A stretch of DNA of 52,509 nt, taken from the NCBI GenBank assembly GCA_040275325.1, contig JBEOKA010000358.1, positions 1 through 52,509 of the forward strand, written 5' to 3'. A model generated the notes under the pieces. The model had not been told where the DNA came from and searched no databases. It saw only the letters and a list, made by a program, of their open reading frames with translations. Position numbers and translations under genes: made by a program. This DNA comes from Myxococcaceae bacterium (GTDB lineage Bacteria > Myxococcota > Myxococcia > Myxococcales > Myxococcaceae). Each line of letters opens with the position of its first letter. The first letter of the stretch is position 1. This document shows, piece by piece, positions 9,931 through 18,700 of this stretch.

Positions 9931-10178
9931 GCGGATCCCTCTGCGCCTGACGGTGCAAGCTGGGCTCCACTCACGATCAGTGAACGAAGTCAGCGAAGTC
10001 TGTTGAGGTTCTGCTGAGGATGGTGGCTCATGAAAAGCCTCCCATCGTCATGACGGTGACGCGCAGTTGATCCGCCGCAGTGCGGACACTGTGGGCCGAT
10101 GTCGGGGCGGGTTTGTTCTTGGTCAAGCAACAGTCCTCTGTGAAAATTCCACTCCTGTTGTCTACCGGGAGCTGCGCC
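9931..10178. promoter_or_regulatory. Divergent intergenic region (lower GC) between the MCP and TSP3-OmpA genes; probable promoters
   Basis: 248 nt with no plausible coding. Locally AT-richer (e.g. TGTGAAAATTCCACTCCTGTTG). No confident -35/-10 or sigma-54 match. Confidence 0.3.
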
Positions 10179-11750
10179 ATGTTCGACCGTAGGCACGCGC
10201 TGCTCGTGGCGACGCTCGTCGTTTCTTCGCTCGCCCACGCTGAGAGCGGCAGGCTGAACCTCAACGCAGACCTCGGCCTCGCAGCGCCCTTCACGGGTCG
10301 CTATGGCACGGCTTCGAACCCGACGTACGTGGCGCAGGCGCTGGGGCCGCAGCTCACGCTCGGCGTCGACTACCAGCTCGTGCGCCCCATCGCGCTCGAG
10401 CTCATCGCCGAGCTCGGGGTTCAATTCCTCCCATCGTGGTTGTCGATTCGAAACCTCGAGAAGCTGCCTGCGGCGGTGGTGATGGGCGGGCTTGGCGCTG
10501 GCGGGCGCTTTCGGTTCCTCGACACCGACGCGGGCAACCTCTGGGCCTCGGCGCACGTCGGCTTTCGCGTGCTCGACGGGGTGCAGTTCGCCGTCGACGC
10601 GGGCGCGGGGTACCAGTTCGCGCTCACCTCTCGCCTCGCGCTCGGGCCCTTCCTGCGCGGTGAGCTGCTCACGCCGAACGTCACCTCGAAGCGCGGGAGC
10701 ACGGTGCTGGTCGCGCTCGGCGTCGGTGGTTCGTTCGAGCTGCTGCCCTTCGTCGTCGCGCCGCCTCCCCCCGTCGACGACGACGGTGATGGGTTGACCA
10801 ACGACGCCGAGTTGCAGGTGCACCACACCGACCCGGCGCGCGCCGACACCGACGGCGACGGCGTGCGTGACGACGTCGAGGTCGCGAACAAGACCAACCC
10901 GACCACGAGCGACACCGACGGTGATGGGCTGCGCGACGACGTCGAGCTCGCGAACAAGACCAACCCGCTGCTCGCCGACTCCGACTCCGACGGCGTGCGC
11001 GACGACGCCGAGCTCGCGAACAAGACGAACCCGCTCGTCGCCGACACCGACGCCGACGGGCTGCGCGACGACGCCGAGCTGGTGAACAAGACGAACCCGC
11101 TCGTCGCCGACACCGACGCCGACGGGCTGCGCGACGACGTCGAGGTGAACGGCAAGACCAACCCGCTGCTCGCCGACACCGACGGTGATGGAAAGTCTGA
11201 CGGCGACGAAGACGCGAACCACGACGGCGTCGTCGACCCTGGAGAGACCGACCCGCGCGTCGCGCCGCCGCCCGACACCGATGGTGACGGCCTGCCCGAC
11301 CCCTCCGACAACTGCCCGGCCGTCGCCGGCCCCGTCGACAACCGCGGCTGCCCGAAAGAGACGAAGCAGCTCGTCGTCATCACGAAGGAGAAGCTCGAGA
11401 TTCTCGAGAAGGTCTACTTCAACACCCGCGACGCCTCGGTGCTGCCGAAGTCGTTCCCGCTGCTCGACCAGGTCGCCGCGATTCTCACCAGCCACCCCGA
11501 GCTCAAGCGCCTGCAGATCGAAGGGCACACCGACGACGTCGGCAACGCCGAGAAGAACCTGAAGCTGAGCCAGGACCGCGCGAACGCCGTCTTCAAGTAC
11601 CTGTCGAAGAAGGTCGACCCGCAGCGCCTCGAGCCCATCGGCTACGGCCAGACGCGCCCCGCAGACAGCAACGACACGCCGGCCGGTCGCGAGAAGAACC
11701 GGCGCGTCGAGTTCAAGATCGTCGGCACCGAGAACCCCGTCACGCAGTGA
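10179..11750 (+). CDS. OmpA-family protein with thrombospondin type-3 (Ca-binding) repeats
   Basis: Start moved to ATG 10179, giving signal peptide MFDRRHALLVATLVVSSLAHA. About 7 DxDxDGxxDxxE TSP3 repeats (DTDGDGLRDDVELANKTNPL...). C-terminal OmpA_C (NTRDASVLPKS...LQIEGHTDDVGNAEKNLKLSQDRANAV...RRVEFKIV). Confidence 0.8.
   Translation: MFDRRHALLVATLVVSSLAHAESGRLNLNADLGLAAPFTGRYGTASNPTYVAQALGPQLTLGVDYQLVRPIALELIAELGVQFLPSWLSIRNLEKLPAAVVMGGLGAGGRFRFLDTDAGNLWASAHVGFRVLDGVQFAVDAGAGYQFALTSRLALGPFLRGELLTPNVTSKRGSTVLVALGVGGSFELLPFVVAPPPPVDDDGDGLTNDAELQVHHTDPARADTDGDGVRDDVEVANKTNPTTSDTDGDGLRDDVELANKTNPLLADSDSDGVRDDAELANKTNPLVADTDADGLRDDAELVNKTNPLVADTDADGLRDDVEVNGKTNPLLADTDGDGKSDGDEDANHDGVVDPGETDPRVAPPPDTDGDGLPDPSDNCPAVAGPVDNRGCPKETKQLVVITKEKLEILEKVYFNTRDASVLPKSFPLLDQVAAILTSHPELKRLQIEGHTDDVGNAEKNLKLSQDRANAVFKYLSKKVDPQRLEPIGYGQTRPADSNDTPAGREKNRRVEFKIVGTENPVTQ
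10840..11235 (+). repeat. In-frame tandem array of ~66-nt TSP3 repeat units
   Basis: Units at 11035-11100 and 11101-11166 share a perfectly identical 38-nt core (TCGTCGCCGACACCGACGCCGACGGGCTGCGCGACGAC). Earlier units are more diverged. Confidence 0.7.
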
Positions 11751-11799
11751 GCCAGCGGGTGAACGTCTCCAGCGAAGGCTGGAGCGGAAGGAGCGCATC

Positions 11800-14700
11800 G
11801 TGAGGTCATCTCTGTCTCCGCGGGGGCCCGTCGTCGGGTTGCTGCTGCTCGGCGCAGCGGTGTCGGGCTGTCAGTGCGGCACGCGCCCGGTACCCGACCA
11901 GGTGAGCTCGGGCTTTCAGATGAGCCGCGACTCGCTCTCGTTCCCGAACTTCGCGGCTGGCTACGACGGCTCCGAGCTCGACGTCGACGGCATGAAGCGC
12001 ATGTTCGGCGACCAGGTGTGCGTGGCGGGCTCGGCTCCGTGCGAGCTCACCAACGGCGCGCGCACCTTCATGGAGAACGCGAACACCGCCATGTCGGGCG
12101 GTCGCTGCGAGGGCTTCGCGGTGCTGGCCGACCTCATGGCGGCGAAGAAGATCGACGTGACGACGTTCGGCGCGAAGACGGCGCGTGAGCTGGTGCTCGA
12201 CGAGAACCCCGCGCTCCAGAAAGAGCTCGCCTACTGGTTCGCCACCCAGCTCGTGCCCGGCGCCGTCGGCGCGAAGACGAAGACGTACACCGCGCGCGAG
12301 GTGCTGCCCGTGCTCGCCGACTCGTTCGACGAGGGCGCCACCGAGCACTACCGCATCGGCATCGTGCGCAAGGTGGGGAAGACCATCACCGGTGGGCACT
12401 CGTTGACGCCCATCGGCTTCACGCGCGACCCGTCGGCCGCGGGCGTGTACTGGCTGCGCGTCTACGACAACAACCACCCCGACCTCGAGCGCCTCATGAA
12501 GCTCGACACGGTGAACAACCGCTGGGAGTTCGAGGCGTCGACGAACCCCGACCAGCCCTCGCGCCTGTACTTCGGCGACTCGAGCAACGAGAACCCGCTC
12601 TACCTCGCCCCCATCTTCACGCGGCAGGGCGCGCTGCCGTGCCCGTTCTGCGAAGGCGGCGGCGCGCAGGTCGTCACCACCGGCGGCGCGCAGCCCTCCA
12701 TCACCACGCCCTCGGGCACCGTGGGCGTCACCGACGGCACGCTGAGCACGGCGAGCGGCACCTCGCTCACACCGTCCTTCTCGGACCCGACCGACGCCGA
12801 GGGCGTCAGCTTCGTCATCGGGCTCAGCGCCGACACGATGTCGTCGATGGGCGACCTCTCGGTGCAGGTGACGTCGCAGGGCGACCCGCAGAACCCCGAC
12901 GCCTTCCAGTCCATCGGGGTGCAGCGCCGCGACCTCTTCACGCAGGCGAGCGGGCTGCAGGTGACTGCGGCCGACACGTTCACGGCGACGTCGCAGGGCG
13001 GCCGGTACACCAACGCCTCGCGCTCTCCCCTCGAGCTCACCACGCGGCTGCCGACGGGCATGGGCGTCGTGTCGGTCACCGCCTTCGTGACGGGCGGCTC
13101 GGACTCCGTCAGCGCCTCCGTCGACCCGGCGAGCGGCGCGCTCACGCTGCAGCTCACCGGCGCCATGGGCACGAACGTCGGTGTCACCGTGCAGGGCACC
13201 ACGAGCGGCGGCGCCACGCGCGCGGCGCAGTTCTTCTTCACCAGCCAGGGCACGGCGACGCTGCAGGCCGACACCACGATGTGGATGCAGGGCGGTCAGC
13301 TGACGGGCTCGCTCGACAACGGCGGCACCCGCACCACCGTCTCCAACGCCTGCACCGACGGCGTGAAGTCGGGTCTCGAGACCGATGTCGACTGCGGCGC
13401 GGCGTGCAACGTCGGCTGCGGCGTCGGCAAGAGCTGCAGCGCTGATGCCGACTGTGGCTCGGGCCTCTGCCACCCGACGTCGAAGGTGTGCATCACCGAC
13501 GCCTGCGAAGACACGCGGCAGAACTTCGGAGAGACGGGCGTCGACTGCGGCGGGCCGTGTGCTCCGTGCGCCGTCGGGCTGGGCTGCCGGGCCTCGAGCG
13601 ACTGCGCGACTCCCTCACTCCACGACTGCGTGGGAGGAACCTGCACGCGCGTGTACACGATTGGCGCGGCTGTCAGCTTCCCCGCCGAGCTCAGCGGCGG
13701 CCTCGGCACCGAGCTGCAGCTCGCCAACGGCGCTGACCGCATCACCGTCGTCTCGTCGGGCAGCTTCCCGTTCCCCACCCGCACCACCGGGCCCTACGCC
13801 GTCACCATCGCGCGGCAGCCACAGCAGGCCGAGTGCAGCGTCGGCATGGGCAGCGGCACGGCGTCGGCCGACGTCTTCGTCGCCGTCTCGTGTGTGCGCC
13901 GCTTCACCATCGGCGGCAGCGTCACCGGGCTGCCGGCCGGTGAGACCGTCACGCTGTCGAACAACGGCGCCAGCCCGCTCCAGCTCTCGAGTGACGGGCC
14001 CTTCGTCTTCCCGCTCCAGCCAGCAGGTGGCTACGCCGTCACCGTCACGACGCAGCCGATGAGCGCCACCTGTGTGGTGACGAACGGCACCGGGCCCGCG
14101 CCGACGAGCGACATCACCACCGTGTCGGTCGTGTGCAGCCAGGCGATGACGTACTCCATCGGCGGCACGGTCTCGGGCCTGGGAGCGGGCAAGACGCTCG
14201 TGCTCGACAACGACGGCGACCAGCGCAGCGTCACGATGAACGGCAGCTTCACGTTCACCAACCGCGTCACCGGTGCGTACACCGTCACCGTCGCCACGCA
14301 GCCCGTCGGCCAGCAGTGCCTCGTCACCAACGACACCGGCACCGCGACGGCCGACGTCACCAACGTCACCGTCGTCTGCACCGACCTGTACACGATTGGC
14401 GGCACGCTCTCGGGCCTCGGCGCCAGCAACACGGTCACGCTCTCGAACGCGGGCGAGCAATTGCCGCTGACGATGAACGGCGCGTTCCAGTTCACCACGC
14501 CCGTCGCTGGCCCCTACGCCGTCACCGTCTCGACACAGCCCTCGGGCCAGATGTGCACCGTGCAGAACGGCTCGGGCACCGCGACGGGCAACGTGACCAA
14601 CGTGACGGTGACCTGCCTCGGCGCACCGGGCCGCGACACCAGCTTCGGCACCGGCGGCTTCACGCGCGTGGCGCTCACCGCCAACTTCGACGCGTGGCAG

Positions 14701-15795
14701 GCCCTGGTGGTGAACCCCGACGGCACCCTGGTGCTCGCGGGGGCGAGCGAGGCCGTCTCGGGCTCGACGCAATGGGTCGTCTCGAAGGTGACGGCCGCGG
14801 GCGCCATCGACACCAGCTTCGGCGTCAACGGGCACCGCACCATCACCGCGGGCACCGGGCAGGAGCAGGCCAACGCCATCGTTCGTGATGGCACGGGCCG
14901 CTACCTCGTCGCCGGCACGCTGCAGGGCACGACGAACCTCGACGTCGCCGTCGCGCGGCTCACCACCACGGGCGCGCTCGACACCACCTTCGGCACCAAC
15001 GGCGTGGCGCGCTTCGACCTCGGCGGTGACGACGTGCTGCAGGGGCTCACGCTCGACTCGATGGGGCGCATCGTCGTCGTGGGCAAGCAGGGCCTCGTGG
15101 GTGGCGACCTCATCGTCGCGCGGCTCACCACGGCGGGCGCGCTCGACAGCACGTTCGCCACCACCGGGCGCTACCTGCCGACCACGGGCACGGGAGAAGA
15201 GCTCACCGGCGTCGTCGTCGACGCGTCGAACGCCGTCATCGCCGTCGGCCTGCGCGACCAGGACTCGTTGGTGCTCAAGCTCACGGCGGCCGGCGTGCCT
15301 GACACCACCTTCGGCACCGCGGGAGAGGCCGTCGTCGACCTCTCGACCGGCCTCTTCGGCGACAAGCTCGAAGCGGTGGCGCTCGAGGGCACGCGCATCG
15401 TCGCCGCGGGCACCAGCCTCGACTCGGGCGCGTCGAACTTCGTCATCGCCGGCTTCACCGCGGCAGGCGCGCTCGACACCGGCTTTGGCGCCGCGGGCAT
15501 CACCGTCGTCGGCGGCGCGACCGAGATGGAGGCGCTGCACGCGCTGACGCCGAGACCGGGAGGTGGGTGGTACGCCGCCGGCGCCACCGACTCGAGCGCC
15601 GCGGTGCTGCGCTTCACGGCGGCCGGCGCGCTCGACACCACCTTCGCCACCAACGGCCAGTTCACCGACGCGTTCGGTGGCACGGCCAACGCCTTCGCCG
15701 CCGCCGTCGATGGCGTCGGCCGCATCGTCATCGCAGGCAGCTTCGCGGCAGGTGCCGGCGCGAGCGACCTGGGCATCGCGAGGATCAACCCATGA
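11800..15795 (+). CDS. Large secreted lipoprotein: N-terminal Cys/His-containing domain, Cys-rich modules, four tandem Ig-like repeats, C-terminal delta-60-repeat beta-propeller
   Basis: Lipobox LLLGAAVSGC. C-terminal repeats GALDTTFGTNG / GAIDTSFGVNG / GALDSTFATTG match the delta-60 repeat (TIGR02608) pattern. 1331 aa. The stop overlaps the next start (ATGA). Confidence 0.75.
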   Translation: MRSSLSPRGPVVGLLLLGAAVSGCQCGTRPVPDQVSSGFQMSRDSLSFPNFAAGYDGSELDVDGMKRMFGDQVCVAGSAPCELTNGARTFMENANTAMSGGRCEGFAVLADLMAAKKIDVTTFGAKTARELVLDENPALQKELAYWFATQLVPGAVGAKTKTYTAREVLPVLADSFDEGATEHYRIGIVRKVGKTITGGHSLTPIGFTRDPSAAGVYWLRVYDNNHPDLERLMKLDTVNNRWEFEASTNPDQPSRLYFGDSSNENPLYLAPIFTRQGALPCPFCEGGGAQVVTTGGAQPSITTPSGTVGVTDGTLSTASGTSLTPSFSDPTDAEGVSFVIGLSADTMSSMGDLSVQVTSQGDPQNPDAFQSIGVQRRDLFTQASGLQVTAADTFTATSQGGRYTNASRSPLELTTRLPTGMGVVSVTAFVTGGSDSVSASVDPASGALTLQLTGAMGTNVGVTVQGTTSGGATRAAQFFFTSQGTATLQADTTMWMQGGQLTGSLDNGGTRTTVSNACTDGVKSGLETDVDCGAACNVGCGVGKSCSADADCGSGLCHPTSKVCITDACEDTRQNFGETGVDCGGPCAPCAVGLGCRASSDCATPSLHDCVGGTCTRVYTIGAAVSFPAELSGGLGTELQLANGADRITVVSSGSFPFPTRTTGPYAVTIARQPQQAECSVGMGSGTASADVFVAVSCVRRFTIGGSVTGLPAGETVTLSNNGASPLQLSSDGPFVFPLQPAGGYAVTVTTQPMSATCVVTNGTGPAPTSDITTVSVVCSQAMTYSIGGTVSGLGAGKTLVLDNDGDQRSVTMNGSFTFTNRVTGAYTVTVATQPVGQQCLVTNDTGTATADVTNVTVVCTDLYTIGGTLSGLGASNTVTLSNAGEQLPLTMNGAFQFTTPVAGPYAVTVSTQPSGQMCTVQNGSGTATGNVTNVTVTCLGAPGRDTSFGTGGFTRVALTANFDAWQALVVNPDGTLVLAGASEAVSGSTQWVVSKVTAAGAIDTSFGVNGHRTITAGTGQEQANAIVRDGTGRYLVAGTLQGTTNLDVAVARLTTTGALDTTFGTNGVARFDLGGDDVLQGLTLDSMGRIVVVGKQGLVGGDLIVARLTTAGALDSTFATTGRYLPTTGTGEELTGVVVDASNAVIAVGLRDQDSLVLKLTAAGVPDTTFGTAGEAVVDLSTGLFGDKLEAVALEGTRIVAAGTSLDSGASNFVIAGFTAAGALDTGFGAAGITVVGGATEMEALHALTPRPGGGWYAAGATDSSAAVLRFTAAGALDTTFATNGQFTDAFGGTANAFAAAVDGVGRIVIAGSFAAGAGASDLGIARINP
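13651..14620 (+). repeat. Four tandem ~82-aa (about 246-nt) Ig-like repeats within the 11800-15795 CDS
   Basis: Repeat starts near 13651, 13897, 14146 and 14383. Each shows xTIGGxVSGLxAGxTVxLSNxG...NGxFxF...GxYAVTVxTQPxxxxCxVxNGxGxAxxDVTxVxVxC. Confidence 0.6.
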
Positions 15796-18700
15796 ACCGA
15801 CCCTTCCTGCTGGCGACGAGCCTCGCGCTGGTGCTGACCGCTTCGTGCGCTGAGGAGCCGCTGCCCGAGGCGCCGCCGCTCTTCTCGGCGTACGACCCGA
15901 CGGTGCAGTGCCCTGCGGGCCAGGTGGGGTGGGACCTGTCGACGGGCGGCGGGCTCGACCCGCTCCAGCGCAACTCCGTCGGCGACGTCATCAAGCTCAT
16001 CACCTCGAACCTCACCAACTGCGGCCTGACCGGCACCGACCTTCGCCAGGCCTGCGACGGCGAGACCGAGTGCACGAAGCCGGTGACGTGCGCGGACTCG
16101 GCGGTCGACGTCACCTACGTCTGCGGCACCGAGGCGGCGACGTACACCGCGCGCGTCGAAGGCGTCGGCGCAGACCGCTTCTTGCGCATCAGCTGCGGCA
16201 TGCCCATCACGGTGCTCAAGGCCCTCTACGCGCCCACCGCGACGAGGCCGGCCGACATCTCGAGCGCGCTCGCGGCCAGGTGCTCGGGCAAGCGGCGCTG
16301 CTCGAACGGCGCGTCGGGCTACTCGCTCAACAGCTTCGTCGACCCCGCGCCGAACCAGCCGAAGACGGTCAAGGTGACGTACCGCTGCGGCATCGAGCCG
16401 GCCGAGCGCATCGCCGAGGTCGATGACTTCACGCTCGACTTCTACTGCCCGCTCAACGCCACCAGGTTCCCCGTGCGCGAGAACATCAAGGTGGTCTCGG
16501 CCGAGCCGCGGCTCGAGTCGTTCTCGGGCCACCAGGACAACCTCGCGTGGGCAGCCGAGCTGAAGGCGCAGATCGCGAAGACGTGCGATGGCAAGCCGCA
16601 GTGCGAGGTGAGCTTCACCGGCCTTCGCGCGAACGGCTCCGACCCGAAGGGTACGTGGGGCGCCGTGCGCGACATCAACCGCAACTGGGTTCTCAAGGGA
16701 ACCGACGCGATGGGCTGGCCCGACGAACGGCGGCTGTCCACGGGCGGCACCATTCTCATCGGAGGGAACTACCTCATCCTCGGGTACACCTGCGGCGCGG
16801 GGAACTACGTCAACTACAAGGCCATCGACCCGACCGCGCAGCCGCCGAACGAGCGCGTCACCATTCGCTGCGGCGACTTCGTCACCGTGACGGGCCTCGA
16901 CACGAAGCGCTACGGCGAGCGCACCTTCTCGCCCAACCCCATCATGCTGGCGGCGACGAAGGCACGCTGTGATGGGCGTCGCGTCTGCACGCCGCCCGCC
17001 TACTTCGGCCGCTCCGGCCCGGGCTCGTACACGGGCCCTGACGGAGGGCAGCAGGCCATCGGAGAGTACGGGCGGTTCCGCTACACGTGCGGCGACCTCA
17101 CCAACAGCGTCTCGGTCGAGAAGGAGATCGACTACTACGGCGCCATCAACCCCGCTGACCTCGAGTGCCCGCCCGCTGCTGGCGACCTGCTCGCGACGGG
17201 CGTGCAGCTGGTCTCGGTGACGCCCGACTCGCGCACCCTCGAGGTGAGCCGGCTGTGTGGCGGCCGCACCGTCTGCTCCGCGCCGGCGGGCGTCACCGCG
17301 ACGTACCGCTGCGCCGACGACCCGGCGGTGAAGACGTCGTCGCCCGAGATGAACTGCGGCACGCTCGTCTTCCCGACGGGCGTCACCAGCAGCGCCTATG
17401 CCTGCTTCGAAACGCCGGGGCCGAGCGCGTGCGCGAACCAGCGCGGCACCTGCAAGTTCTTCCCGAGGTACGCGAGCGACTACGGGCGCGCGACCTGCGG
17501 CAACGTCACCTACAGCTACACGTGCGGCTGCGACCCGACGGTGCGAACCAAGACGTACACCCCGCGCCCCGACGGGCTGCCGGTGTTTCACAACAACCTC
17601 AGCATGCCGGTCGAGCTGACGTGCCCGCCGGTCGCCACCTCGTGCACCCGCAAGGGCTGTGTGCCGCTTCGCTGCACGGGCGCGACGCGCCGCAACGCCG
17701 ACCTCGCCTGCGTGCCCGACAGCTCGCTCAAGCCGACGCACTTCCTGGCCATGCCCGCGGTGAACGACTGGGTCTCGCTGCCCGACGGCGGCACCGACCC
17801 GCTGGGCCGCACGCTGACGCGGGCCGCTGACGGCGCCTTCGTCATCAAGAGCGACTTCCCGTATCAGGTGTTCTCGTCAGTGCTGTACAAGACCGACAAC
17901 CGTCAGGCGCTCGACGACAAGACGACGGCGCTGGCGTGGAGCTTCGACCAGTTCAAGCGCAAGGCCGGCGCGACGCGGCCAGACGGCGGCGTGCTGCCAG
18001 AGCTCGCGGGCGGCCTGCGGTGCGTGGTGAACCAGGCGGCGCTGCGCGGCAGCGAGCGCACGTCGACGATTCCCGGCTACCGGTGGGCCCTCGTCGGCGG
18101 CAAGGGCCAGACGATTCCGTCGAACTGCTTCGAGCAGGACGGGTACAACGACCCGTCGACCTCGGTCTACGACGCAGCCGCAGCGCTGGGCCTCGAGGAG
18201 TCTCAGTTCCGCGCGCGGTACGACTACTTCAAGACCTTCATGACCTCGTCGCTCGACCCGCAGGGCGTCAGCGTCGTGCGCCGCCTGACCGCCACGGCCA
18301 CGCCCGTCGGCGTGAACCCCGTTGGGTTCTTCTATGACCCGCGCCGCGACTTCGTCTCGTTGACGGGCTTCTACGCGCAGACGACCGACTTCGCGAACTC
18401 GGTGCAGGTGCGCTTCGAGCCCAGCACGCAGATCGAGCTCGGCGCGCTCTTCGAGACCATCTCGGCGGGCGACCTGCTGGTCGACGTCGAGCAACCGAAC
18501 CTGCTCCCGTCCTTCGACGTCAGCCTGGGCTGGTACCTGCGCGGTGACGCTCCGGCGAACCCGTACTCGGCGCGTACGCGCGTCGCCAACAACCCCGCCG
18601 GCACCTCGCTCGCCACGCGCAACCTGCGCATGACGGTCGAGATGGCGCGCTCGGACACGGGCCTCGCCAACCCGTGGGTGGAGTCGAACTCGGTGCGCTT

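Noticed and set aside
10090-10140. Sigma-54-like TGG...GCA element (TTGGTCAAGCAACAG) upstream of the TSP3-OmpA gene
   Set aside because: Does not fit TGGCAC-N5-TTGC spacing or bases.
9990-11798. 602-aa minus-strand ORF opposite the TSP3-OmpA gene
   Set aside because: Repetitive Val/Gly/Arg translation that mirrors the TSP3 repeats on the other strand. Shadow ORF.
13615-15540. 641-aa minus ORF and 11806-13473 555-aa minus ORF opposite the delta-60 gene
   Set aside because: Arg/Gly/Ala/Asp-rich with no motifs. Both lie antisense to a strongly supported long plus-strand CDS.
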